Positions 1 to 8,282 of a stretch of 64,000 bases of DNA are shown here, piece by piece. The first letter of the stretch is position 1. Each line of letters starts with the position of its first letter. Source of the stretch: Dehalococcoidia bacterium (GTDB lineage Bacteria > Chloroflexota > Dehalococcoidia > Lucifugimonadales > QGNO01); the NCBI GenBank assembly GCA_965261825.1, contig OZ253484.1, positions 532,695 to 596,694 on the forward strand. The letters run 5' to 3'. Below the pieces are notes generated by a model, which saw only the letters and a list, made by a program, of their open reading frames with translations, did not search any database and was not told the DNA's origin. Made by a program: the position numbers and the translations under genes.

Positions 1-1
1 T

Positions 2-409
2 TCATCCAACCCTGGCGCGGTCGACCTTCAAGATCTGTTGGTTTCGTCGGGCGTAGACAGTGCAAGGCCTCTGTATCAACAGGTGGCGCTGCAGGTCGGC
101 TCATGGAACCAGCATGGGAACGCCGGGCTGGTCTTGGGTGCAACGTACCCGGAGCAAATAAAAGAGGTGCGGGCCCTTTGCCCTGACATGCCGTTTCTAA
201 TTCCCGGCATAGGTTCGCAGGAGGGAGCATTGGAGCAAGCGGTGAGAAACGGCATTGCGGCTCAGGGCAGGCGTATCTTGATCAACTCGTCGCGGGGCAT
301 CATATACGCTTCGCGGGGAGATGATTTCGCCGAATCGGCAAGGAAGGCAACTGCCGATCTGCAAGACGCTATCAACGCTGTTCTGGCCGCTGTGGATGCT
401 GAATGGTAA
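2..409 (+). CDS. pyrF: Orotidine-5'-phosphate decarboxylase, 3' part (gene starts before the window)
   Basis: Frame open from base 2: [30 protein letters not shown] and [12 protein letters not shown] motifs of OMPDC subfamily 2. Confidence 0.93.
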   Translation, partial: SSNPGAVDLQDLLVSSGVDSARPLYQQVALQVGSWNQHGNAGLVLGATYPEQIKEVRALCPDMPFLIPGIGSQEGALEQAVRNGIAAQGRRILINSSRGIIYASRGDDFAESARKATADLQDAINAVLAAVDAEW

Positions 410-627
410 GGGAATACCATTTAAATGACATATTGAGGCTGAAGAAACCCCACCCTTGCGGCAGCTACCAGTGGAGGGTGGTTAGGCTTGGGGCCGACAT
501 TGGACTGAGGTGCCTGGAATGCAATAGAAGGGTGCTGCTGGAGCGAGGTGTTTTGAACCGCAGGATCAGGGAACACAAGGCGGCGGCCATTGCAGAAGAG
601 CCAAATCATAAATGTTCAGAGAAGTAG
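403..627 (+). CDS. DUF951 family small protein
   Basis: [31 protein letters not shown] signature. Confidence 0.9.
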   Translation: MVREYHLNDILRLKKPHPCGSYQWRVVRLGADIGLRCLECNRRVLLERGVLNRRIREHKAAAIAEEPNHKCSEK

Positions 628-706
628 TTACTACTAATTGTGGAACAAGGCCATTAGCACCTGCGAGAATGTTGACATCACCTGTCACTTTTGGTGTATT
701 TCTAAT

Positions 707-829
707 ACCACCCTTATCGCTTCGCCGGTAGGGTCGAGACCGCCCTTTAAGGGGCGGTCTCTGTCCTTGTATGGGGGAGTAACGAATGATTATGGGACTG
801 TTGCCGAACTCGACCTAGGGAGAGGTGGT
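707..829 (+). ncRNA. Candidate structured intergenic RNA or leader (unassigned)
   Basis: Hairpin GAGACCGCCCT-TTAA-GGGGCGGTCTC (736-761), long-range GGTCGAG/CTCGACC (732-738/809-815) and ACCACC/GGTGGT (707-712/824-829). Confidence 0.3.
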
Positions 830-927
830 TGATATGATCTATGTGCGAATTCGGGCTGGGGAAGGGAGGAAACGCTAGAATTGGGCGATCAACGGCGTTG
901 CGAAGGATTCCATTCCAAGAGGAGACA

Positions 928-1467
928 ATGAGAAAGCGGCCCCTAAGGATGAGCGATGAAGTGGTTGCCGCTACTACCGGCAGGCGCTGGAGCGAGTGGT
1001 TCGACATTCTTGACGACGCTGGCGCCTTGAAGATGAAGCACACTGACATTGCTCGGATGCTTTGGGAGCGGCACTCCGTCTCCGGATGGTGGGCGCAGAC
1101 GGTGACCGTGGAGTATGAACGCGAGCGTGGCCTGCGCGACGTTCACCAGACCGAACGCGGCTACGAGGTGAGCGTGAGCATGACCATTCCCGCATCCGCC
1201 GAAGCTATCTTCGCCGTCTGGGAAGACGAGCAGCGGCGTGGCGAGTGGCTAGGGGCGCCCATGAAGGCCAGCCCTATCAGGTCCATGCGTCTCGAAACGG
1301 GCGAGCGCGGCAGTGACCTGTCCGTCAGCCTGTACTCTAAAAGACCAGACCGGTGCCAGGTTGTAGTTCAACAGACCAAGCTCCCGGACCGTGATGCCGT
1401 AGAAGATCGGCGCGCATTCTGGAAAGATGCGTTGGCCAGGCTCGTATATGCTGCTTCCCAGCCTTAG
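928..1467 (+). CDS. DUF4287-like N-terminus plus SRPBCC/AHSA1-like domain protein
   Basis: SDEVVAATTGRRWSEWF..LD, GWWAQTVTVEYERERGLR and C-terminal FWKDALARL; ATG 928 preceded by GAGGAG. Confidence 0.75.
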   Translation: MRKRPLRMSDEVVAATTGRRWSEWFDILDDAGALKMKHTDIARMLWERHSVSGWWAQTVTVEYERERGLRDVHQTERGYEVSVSMTIPASAEAIFAVWEDEQRRGEWLGAPMKASPIRSMRLETGERGSDLSVSLYSKRPDRCQVVVQQTKLPDRDAVEDRRAFWKDALARLVYAASQP

Positions 1468-1549
1468 TGTAGACCGTCAGTAGGGACTGGTGCCGCTAGC
1501 GGAAGTGTAAACTGTTGAGGCCGCCTGCCCATTCCTTGATGAGCTTTCC

Positions 1550-1578
1550 TTGACATCTCCAAAGGAGAATGTTAATTT
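1550..1578 (+). promoter_or_regulatory. Sigma70-type promoter of the metal ABC transporter genes
   Basis: TTGACA-17 nt-TAATTT with extended TG. Confidence 0.65.
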
Positions 1579-1595
1579 ACTTTTGCTGCATTCAT

Positions 1596-1627
1596 TGATA
1601 CTAAGTATCATGACAGTCACACTATCA
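1596..1627. promoter_or_regulatory. Fur/Zur-family-like operator (perfect 7-1-7 palindrome plus adjacent imperfect copy)
   Basis: TGATACT-A-AGTATCA (1596-1610) followed by TGACAGT-CAC-ACTATCA (1611-1627), just downstream of the -10 box and upstream of a Zn/Mn transporter. Confidence 0.7.
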
Positions 1628-1712
1628 TACACAGACTTGCTGGCGATCACGGAGGACATGGAGTACGGTTTGAGACAGGGCCGCGCCGGGGATATACAGA
1701 GGAGGTAAGAAG

Positions 1713-2477
1713 TTGGCGACAATGACCTTCGATCCGGAAATAGCCGTCGAAGACGTAACCGTGGTGCGCGGCGGGCACAAGGCGTTGACCGACGTTACTT
1801 TTGACGTGGGACCGGGCACGCTGATGGGTGTCTTGGGTCCCAACGGCGCCGGCAAGAGCACCCTGTTCGACGCTATTGCGGGAGTCTTGCCAGTAACAAA
1901 CGGCACGGTGACGCTGAGAGGCGCAGCAACGCCGCGGGGCGCGCTGGCATACGTGCCTCAACGCGCCGCCATCAACTGGGCCTTTCCCGCCACCGTTCAG
2001 GACGTGGTGACCATGGGCTGTTGCAACGTTGGGCTGTTCAGGCGGCCTGGCAAGAGAGAGAGAGAGATGGTCCGAGCCTGTCTAGGGCGGGTCGGGTTGT
2101 GGGAGCAGCGCTCGTCCCTGATAACTGATCTGTCCGGCGGTCAACGCCAGAGGGTCTTCATAGCGCGCGCCTTGGCCCAAGAGGCCAGCGTGATTCTGCT
2201 GGACGAGGCGTTCAGCGGCGTTGACGTGGGCGCACAGGAGGAGATTGTAAAGGTACTCCAGTCCCTGCGCGACGAGGGGAGGGTAGTGCTCCTCGCCACC
2301 CATGACCTTACCAATCTAGCCGAACGGTTCGATCAAGTTCTGTGCATCAACCACCACGTGTGCGCCTACGGCCCTCCCGAAGATGCGTTCACCCCAGAAG
2401 TGCTCGAAGAGCTGTACGGGTCCCACGGAATCGAATTCGATCCCAACCACTTCAGTCCTGGGAGCAGCGCGGGATGA
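1713..2477 (+). CDS. Zn/Mn ABC transporter ATP-binding protein (ZnuC/MntA-like)
   Basis: GPNGAGKST Walker A, AYVPQR, LSGGQRQRVFIARALAQ, LLDEAF. Confidence 0.92.
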   Translation: MATMTFDPEIAVEDVTVVRGGHKALTDVTFDVGPGTLMGVLGPNGAGKSTLFDAIAGVLPVTNGTVTLRGAATPRGALAYVPQRAAINWAFPATVQDVVTMGCCNVGLFRRPGKREREMVRACLGRVGLWEQRSSLITDLSGGQRQRVFIARALAQEASVILLDEAFSGVDVGAQEEIVKVLQSLRDEGRVVLLATHDLTNLAERFDQVLCINHHVCAYGPPEDAFTPEVLEELYGSHGIEFDPNHFSPGSSAG

Positions 2478-3325
2478 TAGACTACATCGTTGAGCCGTTC
2501 CAATACAGCTTCATGGTTCGGGCACTGATCGTGTCCGTGCTCGTAGGGGTGATGTGTCCGGTACTAGGCGCCTACGTCATTACGCGCGGACGTGCGTTCA
2601 TGGGCGACGCTCTGGCGCATTCCGTGCTGCCGGGTATGGTTGTCGCTTTCCTGTTGGGAATCAGCCCGTTCTATGCAGCGGTTCCTACGGGAATCCTAAT
2701 AGCTTTATCCATGGGTTCCGTCGCCCGGCGCACGGGTATCAGCGAGGACACGTCCATAGGCATCATCTTTGCCGGCATGTTTGCCCTGGGCCTGGTAATG
2801 CTTTCCAGTGCCGACAACATCAACGTCAACATTGAAGATTTACTGCTGGGCCAGGTGCTTGGCGTATCTCAAACGGACGTTTACGTTTCGTTGGGGTTGG
2901 CGGCAGTAGTGCTGGTGGGGCTCTATGCGTTCCACCGTCAGCTTATATACACCACCTTCGACCCTGTGGGGGCAAAGGTAGTTGGGATCAAGACTGGATT
3001 GGTGGAATACGTGCTCCTAGCCCTCCTCGCCCTCGTCATCGTGATTGGCATTCAGGCGGCGGGGATCGTCTTGGTCATGGCAATGCTAATAACCCCCGCG
3101 GCGGCGGCGTACCTGCTCGCCAAGAGGTTCGTAGGAGTCATGACAATTGGTGCGCTGGTAGGCGCCCTCTCGGCAGTGGTAGGCCTGTATCTGTCCTACT
3201 ACGCTGACCTGCCCTCTGGGCCTGCCATGGCCCTGGTTGCGACCGCAGCCTTCGGAATAGCGGCCGTATGGAAGAATGCGTGGAGGGCACCGAGCGCCGA
3301 CCGCAGCCTCGCAGCCGATTACTGA
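2474..3325 (+). CDS. Zn/Mn ABC transporter permease (ABC-3 family)
   Basis: FMGDALAHSVLPG, EDTSIGIIF, LITPAAAA; ATGA overlap with the ATPase stop. Confidence 0.92.
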   Translation: MIDYIVEPFQYSFMVRALIVSVLVGVMCPVLGAYVITRGRAFMGDALAHSVLPGMVVAFLLGISPFYAAVPTGILIALSMGSVARRTGISEDTSIGIIFAGMFALGLVMLSSADNINVNIEDLLLGQVLGVSQTDVYVSLGLAAVVLVGLYAFHRQLIYTTFDPVGAKVVGIKTGLVEYVLLALLALVIVIGIQAAGIVLVMAMLITPAAAAYLLAKRFVGVMTIGALVGALSAVVGLYLSYYADLPSGPAMALVATAAFGIAAVWKNAWRAPSADRSLAADY

Positions 3326-3383
3326 TCCTTCGCCCCTTCGACAATTCGGCAAGCTCACTGCAGGCCGGCTCAGGGCGAAGCGG
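3326..3383. repeat. Degenerate REP-like palindromic element of the CCCTTCGAC...GCTCAGGGCGAA type
   Basis: TTCGCCC...GGGCGAA closing stem with CCTTCGACAA and a nested TTCGGCAAGCTCA; single copy in the window, family resemblance from memory. Confidence 0.4.
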
Positions 3384-3442
3384 AGAAAGGCCTCATAGCT
3401 GGCGTGAAGAGCGCCTTCGTCCAAGCTATAATACGTAGTAGG

Positions 3443-3694
3443 ATGAAAGCACGAGTCAAGCTATTTGCCGCCCTCAGAGAAATGGCAGGTGAATCAGAAG
3501 TTGAGTTAGACCTGCCGGACACGGCCACGGTGGCACACGTTGTAAGAGAGTTGGATAGACGTTACGCAGGCATGATGAAGAGCGGCGTTCCCATTATGAT
3601 AGCCGTCAACGCCGAGTACGTTTCCGAGGACCACCCCGTTCATGAGGGCGACGAAATAGCCTTCATACCGCCGGTCAGCGGAGGCGCTTTGTGA
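3443..3694 (+). CDS. moaD: Molybdopterin synthase sulfur carrier subunit
   Basis: VKLFAALRE, IAVNAEYV, GDEIAFIPPVSGG. Confidence 0.92.
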   Translation: MKARVKLFAALREMAGESEVELDLPDTATVAHVVRELDRRYAGMMKSGVPIMIAVNAEYVSEDHPVHEGDEIAFIPPVSGGAL

Positions 3695-4122
3695 TCAGGA
3701 TAAGCAGGGATGTTCTAGACCCCGAGGAGATAACTTCCACGGTGTGTGCACCTGACAAGGGCGGGGTGGTCACTTTCCTGGGAACGGTGCGCGACCACAC
3801 AGGCGGCAAGCGCGTTCTTTACCTTGAATACGAGGCCTACGAGGAGATGGCCGAGAAGATGCTGTCCCGCATTGCCGGGGAGGTAGTTGAGCGCTGGGAC
3901 GACACTGTAGTATCGATTGCGCACCGCCTTGGGCGTATGGAGGTGGGTGAAATCAGCCTGGTGGTGGTGGCGGCCTCACCGCACCGCGCCGAGGCATTCT
4001 CGGCATGCCAGTACGTAGTAAACCGCATCAAAGAGAACGTGCCCATCTGGAAGAAAGAGGCGTTTGAGGGTGGCGAGGTATGGGTAGGCATGGAAGGTCG
4101 GCCCGCGCCCGCTTCCATGTAG
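3691..4122 (+). CDS. moaE: Molybdopterin synthase catalytic subunit
   Basis: GGVVTFLGTVRD, LEYEAYEEMA, HRLG, SPHRAEAF, VPIWKKE. Confidence 0.95.
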   Translation: MIRISRDVLDPEEITSTVCAPDKGGVVTFLGTVRDHTGGKRVLYLEYEAYEEMAEKMLSRIAGEVVERWDDTVVSIAHRLGRMEVGEISLVVVAASPHRAEAFSACQYVVNRIKENVPIWKKEAFEGGEVWVGMEGRPAPASM

Positions 4123-4172
4123 CCTCTGCTTTTTATACCCGCTGGAACGGCCCGGACTTAACCAACGCTCCC

Positions 4173-4916
4173 CTATCCCTCAACCAGCCAGGCAACCAGC
4201 TGTGCCCAGAGCCGGTCATGGTGGCGCCAGTTCAGGTACTCCGCCGGGCCCCAGTGCGGTCCGCAGTCAGAAGCGAAGGCGGCAGACCGGCCTTTGCCGT
4301 ACTGCCAGACGACGAGAAACGGATCGTCGCCCGCGGTTGCCAAAACATCCGCGTCTGAACGGGCGGTAAGCCTGTTGTAGCCCAAAAAGGCTGGCCACTC
4401 GCCATCGATTCCACGAACAACGGGGTGTTCGGGACTGGTTACCAGGGGAACCACGCCTTCAGGGACCTCAACGCGGTCATCCACCTGGCTTATGTTCACG
4501 GGCAGCGCTTCTTCCACCGGCGTGCCGTGATACCTGGCTCTGCCGTCGATGCCCTGAAACGTCATGTATCCGCCAATCATGACCAGAGCCCCTCCGCCGG
4601 CTACATAGTCACGTATGGCTTGGAGGCGGTTGGGAGTCTTCTGAGACTTGATGAAGGTATCGGGATGGTGAAGCAGCGTGTTGCTGCCGCAGTCGCTGAG
4701 CATCACCACTTCGTAGTTGCGCAGGGATTCTACCGTAGAAGGGAAATCGGTCGCCACCAGGTGATTGGGCATGTGATGCACGGTGTGTCCCGCTTTCTCC
4801 AGAGCGGCCTTCAACCAGCGCACGCCTTCTTCATAGCCGCTGGTGACAAAGCTGTCGAAGCCCTTGATGTGGACGGTGTGCGTAACCCATGACTCGCCTG
4901 CGACTAGAACTCTCAT
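4173..4916 (-). CDS. DUF1355 / class I glutamine amidotransferase-like protein
   Basis: VLVAGESWVTHTVHIKGFDSF, LSDCGSNTLL, MIGGYMTFQGIDG, SDCGPHW. Confidence 0.85.
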   Translation of the reverse strand: MRVLVAGESWVTHTVHIKGFDSFVTSGYEEGVRWLKAALEKAGHTVHHMPNHLVATDFPSTVESLRNYEVVMLSDCGSNTLLHHPDTFIKSQKTPNRLQAIRDYVAGGGALVMIGGYMTFQGIDGRARYHGTPVEEALPVNISQVDDRVEVPEGVVPLVTSPEHPVVRGIDGEWPAFLGYNRLTARSDADVLATAGDDPFLVVWQYGKGRSAAFASDCGPHWGPAEYLNWRHHDRLWAQLVAWLVEG

Positions 4917-6442
4917 GCTCTCTCCTTTACCTTGCCGAGTATCCTGACTTGGAAGCCAAGCGCCTGGCTCAATGCCACCATCTCCTGGAATATGTCGCCA
5001 TAAGCTACGGCAACGTGGTTGCTGAGATAGTGCGCCATGAGGGTATCCTGACTGATGCCCAGGTAAGCTGCCATGAAGGGCCACTCCCTGGTGGTGCCGT
5101 TCCACCACTCATCTCTCAGCTGTTCCGGCAGCTTGACTACTTCTCCTTTGCCGATATCCATCCAGAGCCTGCCATCCTTGATATAGGCGCGTGCCCAGGT
5201 TATATCGCCGGGCAGGCTCTCTCCGGCAAAGGTGCCGCCAGGAGTGGGAAAGTATCCCGAAGGCTGCCGGTAAGAGTGGACTCCTCTCAGCGTATCCGGG
5301 TCGTGGTTGAAGGCGTAGGCCCCGGAGGAGCCGGAGTTCAGCAGCACCCAGATGAACCGCCCTTCGTGTTCCGCTCCCCAGCGGACATCGTGGAACAGTA
5401 CGGACTGATGCAGACCCTTGGCTTTGAGAAGGCGCTTCATCATCTCCATTGCCACAAGGTTGCCTTGGTCGGCTTCGGTGGCAGTGGCAACGGTGTCTCC
5501 GTTGGACTCCGGCCTGCATACCGAATTCAGCAGCCCCTCCGCGAAATCGGACGGTGGACGGAGGTTGAGGAGACCCAGCTGGTACTGCCAGCCCAGACAG
5601 TCGGCCTTAAACTCGTCGATCAAGTCTAGGACGGTCAGATAGTCGCGCAGCTGCTCCCTGGTGGCGTTTTCGTCGAAGTCCTCAGCGCCTTCTACTCCAT
5701 AGTGGAAGGCAACACCGTTGCTCCTGACGAACCGGTAGGCATCCTCTATCCGCTTGTCGGAGATGCTTCTGCCCCGATCTATAATCCAGGCTTGGTCAAC
5801 CTTGTGCTCGGTGAACCCGATGGGATTGAGCAAACGTGGTCCAAAATAGCCGTTGATCATGCCCATGGAGGTGTCTCCGAGCATCAGGGCCAGCACCCGC
5901 TTGTCTCTTATGCCCTGTTCAACGGTCTTGGCGATAGTCTCAGCGTTGGAGGAGATGCCTGTCTGATATGAGAGCTCATCTTCAGGGTAGTCTATGGCTC
6001 CGGTGGAGCACCACTCTTCCAGCCTGGACATGAACCGTTCATCGGCGGTCCAGTCTTGGGCGTTCGTCCAGACCCTGGAGAATTGCCGACCCACGCTTTC
6101 CAGACAGGCGCCAGTATTCAGCAGGCCAACCAGCCCCGGCCACTGGCCGGAGAAGTTGCTTGCCAGGAGCAGAGGAGTGTCCTTGCCTACAACGCCATCC
6201 GTGGTATGAGGGCCGTACAACCAGTGGGTGCAAACGCCAATCATTGGGTCGTCTATAGGCCCCAGCTTCTCTATGGACTGATGAGGTCTGCTTATGAATC
6301 CCTCCACACGGTAGGGAGAGTACCCCAGCTTTACCAGGGCTTTCTCCAGCTGTGCGGTGGCTTCTTCCACGCCGGGAAGGGCCCATTCGTTGGGCTTGTC
6401 TCTGTAGTCCCCGGGCCAGAATAGAGCGATTCTCTGTTTCAT
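4913..6442 (-). CDS. L-fucose/L-arabinose isomerase family protein
   Basis: WLYGPH, NFSGQWPGLVGLLN, GWQYQLG, ATEADQG, HDVRWG, SNHVAVAYG. Confidence 0.8.
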   Translation of the reverse strand: MKQRIALFWPGDYRDKPNEWALPGVEEATAQLEKALVKLGYSPYRVEGFISRPHQSIEKLGPIDDPMIGVCTHWLYGPHTTDGVVGKDTPLLLASNFSGQWPGLVGLLNTGACLESVGRQFSRVWTNAQDWTADERFMSRLEEWCSTGAIDYPEDELSYQTGISSNAETIAKTVEQGIRDKRVLALMLGDTSMGMINGYFGPRLLNPIGFTEHKVDQAWIIDRGRSISDKRIEDAYRFVRSNGVAFHYGVEGAEDFDENATREQLRDYLTVLDLIDEFKADCLGWQYQLGLLNLRPPSDFAEGLLNSVCRPESNGDTVATATEADQGNLVAMEMMKRLLKAKGLHQSVLFHDVRWGAEHEGRFIWVLLNSGSSGAYAFNHDPDTLRGVHSYRQPSGYFPTPGGTFAGESLPGDITWARAYIKDGRLWMDIGKGEVVKLPEQLRDEWWNGTTREWPFMAAYLGISQDTLMAHYLSNHVAVAYGDIFQEMVALSQALGFQVRILGKVKERA

Positions 6443-6446
6443 GGTC

Positions 6447-7895
6447 TCATTGCCCTCCTCTTAGCTTTGCCATGATGACACCGTCGCTGAATTTTTCGTG
6501 GAGGTCGGTGTATATGGAGTAAAGCTCATCGTAGCTCTTTGTGGTCGTGGAATTGGGCACGTATTCCTGCTGGCCCACGCCGCCCATGTTATGAGGCGAG
6601 GCTCCCGCCGCCATTGCGGCCAGCATAGCGCTTCCCACCGCCGATGCCTGGCTGGTCCTGGCTATCCGTATTCTCCTTCCCGTCACGTTGGCGAACACCT
6701 GCATGATGAACGGGTTTCGCTCAGGGAGTCCTCCGGAAGCCCTCAGTTCAGCTATGGGAAGTCCGGCCGTTTCATAGGCCTCGATGATCCGCCTTGTCCC
6801 GAAGGCCGCTGATTCGACTAATGCCCGGTAGATCTCCTCCGGCGTGGTGTCCAGGGTGAGTCCCACTAACACACCGCTTAGGTCCGCTCTTTGCAGCTCC
6901 CTGCTGCCGTTCCACCAGTCGAGGGCTACCAGGGAGCCCGGTTCGCCGGAGCCTCTATGGGGAAGGTTGAATTGCTGCGAGAACCAGGCGAACATATCGC
7001 CTACCGCCGCCTGGCCTGATTCGTAGCCAAAGTAACCGGGGAGGATACCGTCTTCCACCGCGCCGCACATACCAAGTACCTGCACCTCTTTCCCGGCCAG
7101 GGTCAAGTGGCAGAGACTGGTGCCCATCACAAGCAGCATTGCCCCCGGTTCTGTGATTCCGGCCGCGGGCACGGCGGCATGGGCGTCCACGGTACCCACC
7201 GCCACCAATGCGTCTCCGTAGTTGCCGGCCCGTCCTGCCGGTGCGCCCACCGGCAGTATGCTTGAGCCGGTCTTCTCCCGTACAAAGCCCGCCATGGACG
7301 GGTGGAGCGATTGGAAGAAGCTATCAGATGGAAACCCGTCTCTCTTGTGCCACATGGCTTTGTACCCGGCGGCGCAGGCGTTCCTGGTCTCCCTGCCGGT
7401 GAGCTGCCAGACAATCCAGTCCGCCTTCTCAATGAACCTACCGGCTTCCCGGTAGAGGGTGGGGGCTTCTTCCAGCGTATGCAAAACCTTGGGGAAGAAC
7501 CACTCGCTGGATATGCGCCCATAGCGGGAAAGCCATGATTCGCCCCGCTGCAACGCCAGCTCATTCAAGCGGTCGGCCTGAGGCTGAGCGTCGTGATTCT
7601 TCCAGATCTTCACCAAGGAGAGAGGATTGTCAGACAGGCGGGAAAGCGGCGTCCCGTCCGCTTTACAAGGCAGGACACTGCAAGCTGTAGCATCTACGCC
7701 TATAGCGTCCGAGGGGCCTAGCTCTCTGAGGACGGAGTCCATGGAATGAAGGTAGTCATCCGGGTCGTGGTACTTGCCATCGATGACGCCGTGTTCGTAC
7801 TCCGAGATGGCGGCGGCTATCTCTTCGCCGCTCTCCACGTCCATGAGGACCCCGCGTACGCTTTCAGTACCAAAGTCAAGGCCGATGGTCTTCAT
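6447..7895 (-). CDS. FGGY-family sugar kinase (ribulokinase-like)
   Basis: IGLDFGTESVR, SSEWFFPK, CAAGYKAMW, VDAHAA, MGTSLCH, ALDWWNG. Confidence 0.88.
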   Translation of the reverse strand: MKTIGLDFGTESVRGVLMDVESGEEIAAAISEYEHGVIDGKYHDPDDYLHSMDSVLRELGPSDAIGVDATACSVLPCKADGTPLSRLSDNPLSLVKIWKNHDAQPQADRLNELALQRGESWLSRYGRISSEWFFPKVLHTLEEAPTLYREAGRFIEKADWIVWQLTGRETRNACAAGYKAMWHKRDGFPSDSFFQSLHPSMAGFVREKTGSSILPVGAPAGRAGNYGDALVAVGTVDAHAAVPAAGITEPGAMLLVMGTSLCHLTLAGKEVQVLGMCGAVEDGILPGYFGYESGQAAVGDMFAWFSQQFNLPHRGSGEPGSLVALDWWNGSRELQRADLSGVLVGLTLDTTPEEIYRALVESAAFGTRRIIEAYETAGLPIAELRASGGLPERNPFIMQVFANVTGRRIRIARTSQASAVGSAMLAAMAAGASPHNMGGVGQQEYVPNSTTTKSYDELYSIYTDLHEKFSDGVIMAKLRGGQ

Positions 7896-7976
7896 AACGG
7901 TAGAAACTTTATCTTCTCCGTGAACGGCGGGCAAGCGGGCAAGTGGCCATGTGGGCAAGCACCGCCTAGAATAGCG

Positions 7977-8010
7977 TTGACAGTGAAAGGATATGTGGTA
8001 AACTTCGCAA
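7977..8010 (+). promoter_or_regulatory. atp operon promoter with overlapping Rex-like operator
   Basis: TTGACA (7977-7982)-16 nt-TAAACT (7999-8004) with extended TG; ATGTGGT-AAAC-TTCGCAA (7993-8010) vs Rex consensus TTGTGAA-N4-TTCACAA. Confidence 0.6.
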
Positions 8011-8027
8011 AGTCTGACGGGGGAGGC

Positions 8028-8258
8028 ATGAATAGGCGTGGGTTTGTCATCGCCATGCGGTTGCTTGGACTTGGTTGGTATGTGGCGATTGCCATCATAC
8101 TTGGCATAGCCGGAGGGATTTGGCTGGACAACAGGATGGGCACCCTTCCGCTATTCACGTTGATAGGTGTCTTGCTGGGTAGCGTGGCTGCATTTTACGG
8201 ACTGTACAGAATGGTTGAGCCTCTATTCAACGAGGATGAGCATACAGACGACCTGTGA
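8028..8258 (+). CDS. AtpZ/AtpI-family (ATPase gene 1) membrane protein
   Basis: GGIWLDNRMGTLPLFTLIGVLLG motif; first gene of the atp operon; GGAGG RBS. Confidence 0.88.
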   Translation: MNRRGFVIAMRLLGLGWYVAIAIILGIAGGIWLDNRMGTLPLFTLIGVLLGSVAAFYGLYRMVEPLFNEDEHTDDL

Positions 8259-8282
8259 TAGGGCGACATTTGTAGCTGATCA

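Noticed and set aside
652-677. ATTAGCACCTGC resembles a CIRCE half-site and recurs near 35926
   Set aside because: No matching GAGTGCTAA half at 9-nt spacing and no chaperone gene downstream; the 12-mer recurrence may be chance
834-927. Mini-ORF MIYVRIRAGE... looks faintly like the start of ribosomal protein S21
   Set aside because: Stops after 14 codons and no frame gives the rest of S21
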